Virus record (IMG/VR): IMGVR_UViG_3300044756_000026
Span: 1 to 53,671 of that record
Direction: 5' to 3' (one strand)
DNA length: 53,671 nt
Source of the DNA: a virus
Lineage: Duplodnaviria; Caudoviricetes
The notes beneath the pieces are model-generated. The model was given only the letters and a program-made list of their open reading frames with translations, ran no database searches and was not told the DNA's origin. This document shows positions 28,916-38,807 of the stretch, piece by piece; the stretch's first letter is position 1; each line of letters starts with the position of its first letter. The position numbers and the translations under genes were made by a program.

Positions 28916-29551
28916 TTACACCTCATCCAGATCTAGTTCGTCGAGGTCCTCTTCGTCCTCGTCCTCGTCTTCATCACGGGCGCGACGCTTGCGAGACGCG
29001 GCCTTGCGCGGGGCTGCCTTTTTCGCGGCAGCTCGCTTGCTGCGGCGTGGAGGCTCGGGCTCTTCGTCTTCCTCGTCGTCCTCTTCGACATCCTCGTCTT
29101 CCTCATCATCGAGGTCGTCGTCGTCATCATCAGGCCGGCGTTTCTTACCGGCGCCGTTGGTGGCGACTTCCCCGTATGGCATCATGTCGTTGATGACTGA
29201 CTTGAGCCGACCCTCGTACTCATCGTCGACCATTGTCACACCGAACTTGCGCTTGAGGAATCGCTCGGGCGCAACCTTGGCACGTGACTTCGGTAACGCC
29301 ATCCCACACGCGAGGATCATGTTCTTGATCTTCCAGTCCTGCGTCCCGTCGATGACGATGTGATACGGGAACGTGCCCGCCTTGCCCGGGATCTTGAAAC
29401 CGAATGACCACATCGGATTGCCGGCCTTCGACTCACCGTCTTGGAAGTGCGTGCATGTCGCCACGTAATCTCCCTCGTCGATGTGTGTGGGATTGAACGG
29501 ACCGCGATCCTTGATCTTGCCGAAATCAACTACGTACGGCTTCGTTGCCAT
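28916..29551 (-). CDS. putative ssDNA-binding protein (DUF669-like) with acidic tail
   Basis: EGDY, SKAGNPM, EYEGR..S motifs; follows the AAA ATPase. Confidence 0.65.
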   Translation of the reverse strand: MATKPYVVDFGKIKDRGPFNPTHIDEGDYVATCTHFQDGESKAGNPMWSFGFKIPGKAGTFPYHIVIDGTQDWKIKNMILACGMALPKSRAKVAPERFLKRKFGVTMVDDEYEGRLKSVINDMMPYGEVATNGAGKKRRPDDDDDDLDDEEDEDVEEDDEEDEEPEPPRRSKRAAAKKAAPRKAASRKRRARDEDEDEDEEDLDELDLDEV

Positions 29552-30374
29552 TAGTACTGGCCTTCTTTCCTGCTAGTAGGTTCACCAGTCGGCGAACGCT
29601 TGGATTAGGTAGGTAGTCAGGTAAATGATACTCGCTACGAGCACCGGTGTCGTACGTGACAGACGGCGCTAGCCATAGCCGGCGTTGAATTACATCTTGG
29701 TCTCCATCCATGCTTGGTACCCTGACGGTATAAAGCCTGCCCACAACATCCACAATAGCATTAAGAGAAGAACGTATACCAGCAGGCAGGTCAGGCACAA
29801 AGCGTGTTTCGCTCTCCTCAACGTCGTCGTCTTCCTCCTCGAACTCGTTGGTGACTAGCCTTTCGTGGGCAGTGTAGATCACACCTATGTCGAGCGTGTG
29901 GAAATTATAAAGCATTCCCTTGAACAATTCCCCTGCCTTACCATAGTCCCGTTGTGTAACCATGCCCGGCTTTCTTGATATATCACGCTCTTCAGCTTGT
30001 TCCATGACGAATCGCAATGCCATATTCGCCATCCGCGTAGTTCCGTCGAGTGCGCAGTATTTGTAACTATGATCCCCGTATTTGAGAAACTTGTAGACAT
30101 CGTCCAAATCAAGCCAATGATTGACATGCCACACATCGGGGTCAGCCTTAAGAAAGCGGTCTGTTCCTCGCTCAGGGTCAATGATAAGAACGTTACCTTT
30201 GCCGGGAGAAAGACAAAATCTGGTCTTTCCCTGTTTGTTTCGAGCGTAAACAAGAACACTAGGCGGGCGCTGGGGAGCAACTGCACTGGGACTCGTTATC
30301 CTTTTCGCCGCGAGGGCTGTATATTCTGCAGCCTTCTTGCTATTTCGGACCGTAGTATTCGAGCGGATCGCCAT
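29526..30374 (-). CDS. AAA ATPase (Sak4/AAA_24-like)
   Basis: VYARNKQGKT, D.E.GT, LDG.T, TAHE, DVVGRL motifs. Confidence 0.8.
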   Translation of the reverse strand: MAIRSNTTVRNSKKAAEYTALAAKRITSPSAVAPQRPPSVLVYARNKQGKTRFCLSPGKGNVLIIDPERGTDRFLKADPDVWHVNHWLDLDDVYKFLKYGDHSYKYCALDGTTRMANMALRFVMEQAEERDISRKPGMVTQRDYGKAGELFKGMLYNFHTLDIGVIYTAHERLVTNEFEEEDDDVEESETRFVPDLPAGIRSSLNAIVDVVGRLYTVRVPSMDGDQDVIQRRLWLAPSVTYDTGARSEYHLPDYLPNPSVRRLVNLLAGKKASTNGNEAVRS

Positions 30375-31335
30375 GCTTATATTCTCGCCTTCTCACGTTT
30401 TCCGCGTTGCGGTCCAGCATCTCGGCTAGACATAGCACACGATACGAGCACCAGTCGCAAGCACGCTCGGGTGCGCGTTCGACAGTATCTCTGTCTTCGA
30501 AATCATACTCTGCATATCTTTCCGCTGTACGGGCCAGTTCCGCGATTACTCGATCAATCGTATCATTACGTTTCTCAAAGACGTCACGGCGAAATATGGG
30601 GGAGCTCTGAACTGCGTCCGGATCGTATCGCGCATGGTACAAATCATCCAGCAATTCAGCATACTCACCTAAGTCTTTGCCCTCTGCCTTTAAACCTTTA
30701 GTCGCAGTGGGCCAGTCAGTAAACGGTTGTTTCTTGTATAGACGACCAGTCTTTGTGAACTTAAGTGGTTGAGGTGCCTTAGCGATAACGTAGTTCCAGA
30801 TGTGACCAAGGACCTCAATTCCGTTCTCGCGACAGGCCCAAATATAAAACGTGCTTTGTGGATCGCGGTAGCGGTAGTCCATAGATGGTAAGGTTCGTCC
30901 ATGGGTCTTATGATCGACAACCCAGATTCCGAATTGATCTTCCACGATGAGATCGCACTTCCCCTGGTATGGCAAACCGTTAGGAAGTGTCGCTTCGATC
31001 TTGTGCTCAACTTCAAGAATGCGCCACGTTGTATCGTTAGAGTAATGCCACTTGTAAGCCTTGAACAAAGCTGACATGTCGTGGGGCAGATCGCCGAGCG
31101 CATCTTTCTCCTCATCCCATAGTTCGGCGTATTCAGCGCAGAGTCGTTTGTGCTCTGCTGTTACTGACTCACCTTTGTAGTGAGCTTCGAGCAGCGAGTG
31201 GAACCAGCTTCCTCGCTTCAGTGGTTTGCGCTTCTCCTTTCGCGGTACGAGTTCATCGTGGAATTTATACATCGCTTGCCGTGGACACGTACGAAATGTC
31301 TTGAGCAAGGAATTAGTTATGACTAGATCTGACAT
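30340..31335 (-). CDS. Cas4-like PD-(D/E)XK exonuclease
   Basis: CPR, GSWFH, E...G..DL...DHKT, C-terminal C..C.Y...C. Confidence 0.85.
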   Translation of the reverse strand: MSDLVITNSLLKTFRTCPRQAMYKFHDELVPRKEKRKPLKRGSWFHSLLEAHYKGESVTAEHKRLCAEYAELWDEEKDALGDLPHDMSALFKAYKWHYSNDTTWRILEVEHKIEATLPNGLPYQGKCDLIVEDQFGIWVVDHKTHGRTLPSMDYRYRDPQSTFYIWACRENGIEVLGHIWNYVIAKAPQPLKFTKTGRLYKKQPFTDWPTATKGLKAEGKDLGEYAELLDDLYHARYDPDAVQSSPIFRRDVFEKRNDTIDRVIAELARTAERYAEYDFEDRDTVERAPERACDWCSYRVLCLAEMLDRNAENVRRREYKHGDPLEYYGPK

Positions 31336-33709
31336 TCAACCATTCCTTCATAGTTCGACGAGAGCCAAATGCTTCTTCTGGCACCGGCGTGTTGGATCCC
31401 CAGTGTTTTCCGATTTGGAGATCGGCAACGAGGGGGATGGAGAGTTCGTAATCGAAGAGTTTCTTGAGTGGTGGATTCTCCATGGTGGTTTTGATGAGGG
31501 GGAGAACGTCAGGCAGTTCGTCATTTGGTACTTCGAAATTGATTGCGTCATGCACAGTACCAATTGGAATTGCTTTAAATCCACGTCGGCGAAACTCTCG
31601 GTCGAGAAGGACAAGAGAGAGAAGGCACATGTCAGATGCCATTGCTTGGACTGGCGAGTTGATAGCCTGCCGTTCAGCTTCATTCACGACCCCCTGCTCA
31701 TGAGACGCAATGTCGGGCAAGTGCCGGATGCGTCCCAGTGGTGTTTGCACTCGTTGGAATTTATGCACCAGTCTACGCTGACGACCATGCCAAGGAAGTA
31801 AATCAGGAAATTGATCGAAGAACGCCTTTCTCGCATGCTGTGCTTCAATCTCCGTAACCGTGAGTTCATACTTCTCCCAAGCAGTTTCAATGAATTTTCT
31901 CCATCCCATGCCATATAAAAATCCGAAGTTGACTGCTTTAGCTTTCTTGCGTTCCTCCTTAGTTATCTGACTGGTGGGCTTTCCGGTAAGCTGGACGGCC
32001 ATCGCCATGTGGATGTCTTCACCAAGTGCATACAACTTGCGCATGGTTCGCTCACCGGATAACTCCGCGGCGATGCGGAGCTCGATCTGAGAGTAGTCAC
32101 TTTCCACAAATGTCCAACCCGGCGGGGCTGAAAAAATACCTCGAACGAGCGGCTCTCGAGGCACCTGCTGGATATTGATGCCGCGCATTGTGGATGCTCG
32201 CGAACCAGTGACTTTGTCAGAATCGGCTTTCCCAGATGAGAGACGACCAGTAACAGTTCCAGCCAACTTGAAGGTCGTATGAAGACGACTATCCTCAGTG
32301 ACCAGTGCTTGATATGGATTGAAGAAACTACTTTCATACTTCTGCCACCGCACCCGTTCCAGTAGTAGCGGAATCACTCGATGTGAATCCTTGATGTGTG
32401 AAAGTGTCTGCTCTGACACTGATGGTCCGATCTTACCAACCTTCGTAATGGGCACCTGGAGATAATCATACAACCACCAGCGAAGGAAGTTCGAAGGATT
32501 GAAGTTGACGCTCTCAGCATATTCTTCTGGCACGTCGCGCATCAATCGACGATGTATGCGTGCAAGTTGTTTACGGACGTAATCAGCGCCTTGTATCAAC
32601 GCCTCTTGATCAACGTACGCACCGTGTCGTTCGATATGTACGAGAGATTGCGATGCTGGCATGATCAGCTTGTAGAACAGTCGTGCCACACGAGGATCCT
32701 CTTCGATCTGTTCCTTGAACAATCGGTATAGTCGCATCGTGTGCCAGGTATCGAGCGCGTTGTATCGCAGGATTTCTTTCAGTGGATACTGCTCGTACCA
32801 CGGTGGCTGGCCTTTGCCATTGTTGATCTTTATGTCCCACGGTTTTGCATCGAGAAGAAAGGTTGCAAGAGGCTTGAGGCCTTTCGGTCGATTCTCGTCG
32901 AGTATATGTGCCGCCAGCATGGTGTCGAAGTTGACGGGAACCGGACAGCCCACCTGACACATCCAACGACAATCAAACTTTGCATTGTGAGCGATACGCG
33001 TGGGGACCTTGCACATGGCCGTTGATATACGATGAAGAGGTTCGTACCATCCGTCAGCCCAGTGATAGCCTGGATGGGCGACGGGTAATACCCATGTGCG
33101 CATCTGTTTACCTTCGAGCAATGTAACTGCCAGCGAGACAACAAAAGCGCCGGGTACCAGTTCGTCAAAACCTGAAGTCTCCAAATCCCAGGCGCAGGCC
33201 TCAGCGCTGGAAAGCGCAGCGAGGAGTTCGTCAACTCTCTCTTGTGTATGGACGACACGTACAGTCTTGGGCTCATCTTCCTCTACCTCAACATCGTAGA
33301 CAGTTCGATACATGGCAGCAATGTCGCCTTGCAGCATGATCGCTTGGTGTGGGTTACGATCAACAGCGCCGAGTGCAATCGTCGGCATGACAGGAATGCC
33401 ATCATAGTCACCGACGTGTCCGCGATGTTTCATGATGCCTGAGTGTCCGAGCACAGTGAACAGTGCCTCGTTGCCGAGAGTGATGATGCCATCTACTGGT
33501 CGATGCTGTGCAAGCCTGTCGTAGAATCCAGCGCGTGCTTCTTTGAGGTCGGCCTTTGATTCGGTGATCGAGTCGTCATGTTCCGACCACACCCCCATGA
33601 ATATCAGCTTCGTATCCTTGGGGAATCTCTGACTCAACAACCTCTGTTGCAGTGTCGTCCGCGTCGTCCCGCGCGCTACGTATTTCGTCAAGATAATTAT
33701 CGTTGTCAT
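31313..33709 (-). CDS. polA: DNA polymerase I (family A) with N-terminal UDG-like region and 3'-5' exonuclease
   Basis: DLET, HNAKFD, YNALD; TGRLSS, DYSQIELR, KAVNFGFLYG, VHD; N-terminal ITLGN.A...GI...RG...MPT. Confidence 0.95.
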   Translation of the reverse strand: MTTIIILTKYVARGTTRTTLQQRLLSQRFPKDTKLIFMGVWSEHDDSITESKADLKEARAGFYDRLAQHRPVDGIITLGNEALFTVLGHSGIMKHRGHVGDYDGIPVMPTIALGAVDRNPHQAIMLQGDIAAMYRTVYDVEVEEDEPKTVRVVHTQERVDELLAALSSAEACAWDLETSGFDELVPGAFVVSLAVTLLEGKQMRTWVLPVAHPGYHWADGWYEPLHRISTAMCKVPTRIAHNAKFDCRWMCQVGCPVPVNFDTMLAAHILDENRPKGLKPLATFLLDAKPWDIKINNGKGQPPWYEQYPLKEILRYNALDTWHTMRLYRLFKEQIEEDPRVARLFYKLIMPASQSLVHIERHGAYVDQEALIQGADYVRKQLARIHRRLMRDVPEEYAESVNFNPSNFLRWWLYDYLQVPITKVGKIGPSVSEQTLSHIKDSHRVIPLLLERVRWQKYESSFFNPYQALVTEDSRLHTTFKLAGTVTGRLSSGKADSDKVTGSRASTMRGINIQQVPREPLVRGIFSAPPGWTFVESDYSQIELRIAAELSGERTMRKLYALGEDIHMAMAVQLTGKPTSQITKEERKKAKAVNFGFLYGMGWRKFIETAWEKYELTVTEIEAQHARKAFFDQFPDLLPWHGRQRRLVHKFQRVQTPLGRIRHLPDIASHEQGVVNEAERQAINSPVQAMASDMCLLSLVLLDREFRRRGFKAIPIGTVHDAINFEVPNDELPDVLPLIKTTMENPPLKKLFDYELSIPLVADLQIGKHWGSNTPVPEEAFGSRRTMKEWLNVRSSHN

Positions 33710-34130
33710 CGCCCTTTTTCCCTATCACTAAATTATACACACCCACACCTCCTCCATGCAAAAGGACGAGACCGTCACGATTGCGATACTCTCGAACGTA
33801 CGTGACCTTCGATACGCCGGCATTCAGCATGAGTCCGGCACAGTAATAACATGGCGAGTCGGTGCATATGAACTCGCATCCGTTGAGTGCGACACCGGTA
33901 CGTGCTGCCCACACGATTGCGTTGGCTTCAGCGTGTATCGCTCGAGCACAAATCTCTGATGGCGGGTGCGTGCAATGAGCCATGTGAATCGGCACACCGT
34001 TGTATCCCATGCTCAAGATGCGCCCGTCGTGTACCGCTAGCGCGCCTACTCGTAATCGCGTGCATGTCGAACGTGCGGCGATAACGAAGGCAATCTCCAT
34101 CAGCGTGTCTAGGCGTGTGGGACGAGTCAT
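33576..34130 (-). CDS. dCMP deaminase
   Basis: RSTC.R..VGA, GYNG, HAEANA, SPC..C. Confidence 0.9.
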   Translation of the reverse strand: MTRPTRLDTLMEIAFVIAARSTCTRLRVGALAVHDGRILSMGYNGVPIHMAHCTHPPSEICARAIHAEANAIVWAARTGVALNGCEFICTDSPCYYCAGLMLNAGVSKVTYVREYRNRDGLVLLHGGGVGVYNLVIGKKGDDNDNYLDEIRSARDDADDTATEVVESEIPQGYEADIHGGVVGT

Positions 34131-34855
34131 TGAAATCTCCAAACGTCGTTGGTGAACAGGTGCAAGTTTGAGATGAACACTGTAAGGTTACCTACGATTG
34201 GCCACTCCCCAGTACAAGTCTTTGACTGTACCCACTGAAGTAATCTTCCGGTGAGATAGACATCGTTAAGGAAATGCCTCGTGAGGTCACACGAGCGAAT
34301 GAAATAGTTGCAGTCCAATAACCCGCCGTTCCTGATGAAATGGTAACCGAGCGAACAGGGCACTCGTTGTCCGTGCCGAGTTCCCGTGTCTTCAGGAAAA
34401 TAAACGGGAAGGTAAGCCTGGCGGGTCCAGGTATCAGCAGCGAGCAGCGCGACAACATCTCTAAGGTTTCCTCCGACACTGGCATCTGGCCAATATCGTT
34501 CGGGGTAGGTGTGGTCAAACTTTTCCTTCTTCCCTTCGCGCATGAATCGGTCAGCGTTCTTCTTACTGTGCCACGGCCAGATGTCATACGATGGCGGCGG
34601 ATTCAACGGTATGCCTGACACACGTTCAGAGAAGTGAATGTCCGCCCAAGGAAGATCCGGTGAGCACATCTCCTGCCATGATTTGACTAACGGTGGCACG
34701 GAACATGTCAATATGACATTCGCCAGTTCGTGTGCCGGGCTTGGTGCCGCAGTAGACTGCCACGAATTCCGATCCACGGGTGTATGCTGGAGCAACTGCG
34801 TCACTAAATGGCTCCGGTAATGTGCTGGACATACAGAGGTAGATGTCTGGAACAT
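34127..34855 (-). CDS. thymidylate synthase family (possible dCMP methyl/hydroxymethyltransferase)
   Basis: TRQA, VPCSLGYHF, RSCD...FLND, NLH.F. Confidence 0.8.
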   Translation of the reverse strand: MFQTSTSVCPAHYRSHLVTQLLQHTPVDRNSWQSTAAPSPAHELANVILTCSVPPLVKSWQEMCSPDLPWADIHFSERVSGIPLNPPPSYDIWPWHSKKNADRFMREGKKEKFDHTYPERYWPDASVGGNLRDVVALLAADTWTRQAYLPVYFPEDTGTRHGQRVPCSLGYHFIRNGGLLDCNYFIRSCDLTRHFLNDVYLTGRLLQWVQSKTCTGEWPIVGNLTVFISNLHLFTNDVWRFQ

Positions 34856-35757
34856 TAGTCCGGTATGCCAATCTTCTCGAGCCCCAGATCCACAACAGGA
34901 GTCGACGGAAGAGGCGGATAAGCACGATTGTCGGGTGTCTCAAATCGCCGGGCGAACTCGTGACCGTAACGTTCCGTACACCATCGTTTTCTGGGACGCT
35001 GGTAGGAGCGGTAGGGCGACATGCCAGAATAAAGTAACCCCGTCTCATTCATCTCTCGCCATCTCGTGTATTCGCGGTAAGCTCGTTGTATGCCTGGATA
35101 TTCGGCAAGTTGATTATCTTGTTCAAGAGTGCGCGCGATACCAACAAACCGTCTCGTTTCCCGCTTGTCTCCGAGGGGATAGGCAATTGTACGGAATCTG
35201 TGATACTGGACGGTCTCGATGAACCAGGTAAATTGGAAGTTGTCAACAGACAGTCCGAGACGCTTTGCGGCATGACGTGTAAGGTGATAAGCAACTGCCA
35301 TATCGAGAGCAGATAGATAGCCCATGTAGGAGGCCCGGGAATGCAGAAGTACGTGCGGGTGGGGGACGACCGAAAGTGATAGGCTAAGCATACACGATCC
35401 AAGGTTTCGGACACGGGCTTTTCCGACCCCTCGAGGCTGAACAAGATTGGTCCGATACACCATCCGATCAGGGTTTTTACCAGCACCTCGTCGTTCAACA
35501 AGCTCAAGCCAATCATTGACTGAGTCGCCATGTAGATATTGTCGTACCATTGTTGTCCACCGCGAGCGGGGAATCCAGAGTCTTCGAATATCGTGGTCAA
35601 ATTCCATTCGCTCCGCGGTTCCATATACGTGCTCCAATACCACATCAGTGTTCGTGATAGCATCGTAGGAATCACGGTGCCCGTACAGTACTTTGTCGCA
35701 GATAGCATCGTGCAGCTCATGCATTGTCGCTGCTTGGATGAGGTGTGGTTCATGCAT
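34855..35757 (-). CDS. divergent thymidylate-synthase-like protein
   Basis: GSCMLSLS...LHSRASYMGYLSALD resembles a degenerate PC...RS.D arrangement; adjacent to the TS gene. Confidence 0.5.
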   Translation of the reverse strand: MHEPHLIQAATMHELHDAICDKVLYGHRDSYDAITNTDVVLEHVYGTAERMEFDHDIRRLWIPRSRWTTMVRQYLHGDSVNDWLELVERRGAGKNPDRMVYRTNLVQPRGVGKARVRNLGSCMLSLSLSVVPHPHVLLHSRASYMGYLSALDMAVAYHLTRHAAKRLGLSVDNFQFTWFIETVQYHRFRTIAYPLGDKRETRRFVGIARTLEQDNQLAEYPGIQRAYREYTRWREMNETGLLYSGMSPYRSYQRPRKRWCTERYGHEFARRFETPDNRAYPPLPSTPVVDLGLEKIGIPD

Positions 35758-36440
35758 CAGTAGCCCACGTGCTGGCGTTGTGCATTGATGAACGCCTTTC
35801 TGAAGTACGAGGTAAATACCTCGAGCGGTTCGACGCCGGCGATGAGATGCAGTTCAATGAAGAAATGCCACACGTCAGCCAGTTCTTCTACGAATGCTTC
35901 ACGGTCTGTTTCTACATGCGTCTGCTTCCATGGTTTGTTCTTGAGGTGATTGATGGCCTCGTATAACTCCTCAACCGTGTAGCCTGCAAATTCTCGAATC
36001 GCTGCCTGTACGCGGGGCGTGTCGATGTTACCCCGTTCGTGCGTCTGGATATTCGCGGCCGGATTGATTTCCGCATAGTTCGCCATGTGACGAAATTGTT
36101 GGGCGAACATAGTGCAAAGGATATCGGGAACTGAGAGATCAGATGTGGTTCCGGAACCATCATCCCAGATTTCATCAAAGTCATCCGTACTCGGCGTCCA
36201 CGGTATGTTGAGCCGTACAGAATTTGGCGGTCGAACTCCCTCGCCATTGCCATAGCCTGGCTCTCTTGCACTGCTCTTAGGAAGGCGAGCGTCGTTCGCT
36301 CGAACTCCTCCAACGCTTCCGTGTTGATCCGGATCGTCACTGCTATTTGACGTGGCACCATCCTTAATTTCCTTGGGGATTTGTTGTCCTGGTGAATGTT
36401 CTTTGGTGGTCATGCTTCTGGGCTTTCCAATACTTTCCAT
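35757..36440 (-). CDS. MazG-like / dimeric dUTPase-like pyrophosphatase (start uncertain)
   Basis: EELYEA...KPWKQ...EELADVWHF...K..IN..RQ..GY. Confidence 0.8.
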   Translation of the reverse strand: MESIGKPRSMTTKEHSPGQQIPKEIKDGATSNSSDDPDQHGSVGGVRANDARLPKSSAREPGYGNGEGVRPPNSVRLNIPWTPSTDDFDEIWDDGSGTTSDLSVPDILCTMFAQQFRHMANYAEINPAANIQTHERGNIDTPRVQAAIREFAGYTVEELYEAINHLKNKPWKQTHVETDREAFVEELADVWHFFIELHLIAGVEPLEVFTSYFRKAFINAQRQHVGY

Positions 36441-36951
36441 CTGTGGCTGTAAGCTGATCTGCTAAACTCAAGTCACCCGCTCGCCCGTGTGTGTAATCAT
36501 ACGTGACTGCTGCGCCACGCCAGAACAAGCGTTGCATGAGGTAACCCTCATATATCTTGTCGATGTATTGTACCACCCCTTCCATCTGTTGTTCTTGTTC
36601 TATGTTATGCTTAATCTTTTCAAGTGGCGGTAGACACCAGATGACCAGCGAGTTGTTGGCGATGCGCTGTCGGATGACTGCCATGCTCGGCTTGAGAAAG
36701 TCGGTGTTCACGTGACGTGTGGGAATGGTGCTGCCGTACACGTACTCCGAGATGATCGGGTGTCGATCATGTACGCAGTGTGTGGGATGATCACGGACAC
36801 TCCTATACACTCGCTCGGCAATGTCTGGGTACGGTCCTTCAACGCTGCGCGTGAAACGTTCGTGGATTTCAAGACCTGGATACAGATGCTGGAGCAGACT
36901 GATGAGCGTAGTCTTTCCTGCTCCGTCCGGACCTTCAACAATAATGCTCAT
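36364..36951 (-). CDS. thymidylate/dNMP kinase-like
   Basis: IIVEGPDGAGKTT; DRHP.ISE.VYG. Confidence 0.8.
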   Translation of the reverse strand: MSIIVEGPDGAGKTTLISLLQHLYPGLEIHERFTRSVEGPYPDIAERVYRSVRDHPTHCVHDRHPIISEYVYGSTIPTRHVNTDFLKPSMAVIRQRIANNSLVIWCLPPLEKIKHNIEQEQQMEGVVQYIDKIYEGYLMQRLFWRGAAVTYDYTHGRAGDLSLADQLTATDGKYWKAQKHDHQRTFTRTTNPQGN

Positions 36952-38423
36952 CGTCCACGTACTGCCTTTCTCGGATTCTTTACAATTGCCTTAGCGACGT
37001 CGCCGTCCTTACGTAATGTATCACGCAACGTCTCGTCTATGGTATGACGTGCGAGTAAATACGTGTACGACGTGGGGGTCTTGCACAATGCCATCCGGTC
37101 TTCAGATTGTTTGTAGTTTACCCATGACGTTGGTAAGCTGTACCAAATCATGTGACTGGCAGCAGACAAGTCGATACCCACACCGCCAGCCTGCGGGTTC
37201 ATGACTATCGCGGCAGCACCTTTGCTTGCTTGGAATTTTCTAACATTCTCAGTTCCTTCCGCTCGAGTGATGCCGCCACGTAGTGCATAGTTCGGTAGAC
37301 GCTTCTTATTACATAGAGCTTGAATCGCATCCAACTCCGGGCGGAATCTTGCAGCAATAATAATTCGTTCCTCATTCTCGATCGCTTCATCGAGCAATCC
37401 CTCCAGCACTCTAAGCTTTTCGTTGCCGACTTTAACAATCTCTCCTTCTGTTGACTTGCTGTATCCTCCAGTAACTTGTCCCAGTCTAAGGGCAAGGACC
37501 AAGGGTATGGATGCTTCAACAAAATGTGTTCTATCTCGAGCTTCAAATTCTGCGATGAGTTGCTCGGCCAGGGTGGTATAAAAGGATTGGGTGGCACTAT
37601 CAAGTACGATAGAAATCTCGCGGTCTGGGAGTCGCGGGGGAAGATCGAAGCATTCATCGCGGGATACCTCGAAGGCGTCGGCATGTATCTTCTCCTTCAA
37701 TACTTCTAGATTGCGTTGACGTAAGAACTGCGGGTAACCATTGCGATGTGTCCACACGCCAAAGTGATTACGAAACTCGTCCACCGTAGGCCAATCCTCG
37801 AAGCGTTCGGGATTGAGAAACTTCCACTGCATGTAGATGTCAAAGATCCGATGCGCCTTGGTGATAGGCGTGCCGGTCATGATCACACGGTAGTCGAAGT
37901 AATCTCTCATGCCGACGATCATGGTGCTCGCTCGACCAGAAGGAGATTTAACCTTGTGGCTCTCATCAAGTATGCACGCGGCTGGTTTGTCTCCGAGCCA
38001 TCGAAGAAGTTGGGATCTATTCTTATAGCGACCAGTAGTCTTTGATCGTTTCCCAGAACGAAGCCGTCTTCCGGGTGTACCGAAAGCTTCATAGTTGACC
38101 ACGAGTACTGTGAGGTCTGTCGAATTGTGGATAATAGGTGGAGGATATTTACGGGCGTTCTTATCCCATACGTATAGAGCGTAGCGAACGGGGCAGTGTT
38201 TGGCGAACTCATCTACCCACACATCCATGACCCGAGCGGGTGCGATGACCACCGCCCGATCACACTGTTCTGTCATCGCCAGAATGCTGAGATAATCAAT
38301 GACTACCTTCGTCTTACCGGTTCGAGGTTCCATCAATAAAGCCCCACCGAATTTGTTTCGAAGCAACATCTTGAGAGCTTTGACTTGATGCTGGTATGGC
38401 TTAGTCCTGAACTTATACTTCAT
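36948..38423 (-). CDS. SNF2-like DNA helicase
   Basis: P..HQ, TGKT, DESH, TGTP, G.GIDL, Q..DR motifs. Confidence 0.9.
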   Translation of the reverse strand: MKYKFRTKPYQHQVKALKMLLRNKFGGALLMEPRTGKTKVVIDYLSILAMTEQCDRAVVIAPARVMDVWVDEFAKHCPVRYALYVWDKNARKYPPPIIHNSTDLTVLVVNYEAFGTPGRRLRSGKRSKTTGRYKNRSQLLRWLGDKPAACILDESHKVKSPSGRASTMIVGMRDYFDYRVIMTGTPITKAHRIFDIYMQWKFLNPERFEDWPTVDEFRNHFGVWTHRNGYPQFLRQRNLEVLKEKIHADAFEVSRDECFDLPPRLPDREISIVLDSATQSFYTTLAEQLIAEFEARDRTHFVEASIPLVLALRLGQVTGGYSKSTEGEIVKVGNEKLRVLEGLLDEAIENEERIIIAARFRPELDAIQALCNKKRLPNYALRGGITRAEGTENVRKFQASKGAAAIVMNPQAGGVGIDLSAASHMIWYSLPTSWVNYKQSEDRMALCKTPTSYTYLLARHTIDETLRDTLRKDGDVAKAIVKNPRKAVRGR

Positions 38424-38782
38424 GCCAACGGTACCACATCAATCTGCGGTGCATTTTCTGCTAGCCCTTCGCCTTTCCAGAAGTACGCGTACGGACACTT
38501 GACTGTGATGGTCTTGTTCATCACGTAGCAGTACGCGGTGAACATGTACCACACACCTGGCCAGTGAGGCACGTTGCGAATGACTCCGCGCATCCGGTAG
38601 GTGTGGTCACAGTCGTCGTGATTCACACGTTTGGGTGGTCGCCTGTGTAGCTTGGTTAAATCTTGACCGGGTGGTTCGTTAGGTAGCGATGCCCGATCGC
38701 TGTCCCGGTCAAGGCGGCGAGCGACAAGCGGACTACGTGTGCTTCGCTGGACTCCTCCGCTATCTCCAACAGGACCTGGCAT
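38420..38782 (-). CDS. hypothetical protein
   Basis: GAGGAG RBS; ATGA overlap with the helicase. Confidence 0.55.
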   Translation of the reverse strand: MPGPVGDSGGVQRSTRSPLVARRLDRDSDRASLPNEPPGQDLTKLHRRPPKRVNHDDCDHTYRMRGVIRNVPHWPGVWYMFTAYCYVMNKTITVKCPYAYFWKGEGLAENAPQIDVVPLA

Positions 38783-38807
38783 AACGTCTCCTCATCTTCT
38801 AGTTCTT

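Noticed and set aside
30340-31335. Cas4-like gene as part of a CRISPR system
   Set aside because: No repeat-spacer array or other cas genes; solo Cas4-like exonucleases are common in phage recombination modules
33700-33725. GGGAAAAAG at the deaminase/Pol I overlap as a fusion frameshift
   Set aside because: The Pol I frame is +1 relative to the deaminase, so a -1 slip would not join them; Pol I has its own ATG
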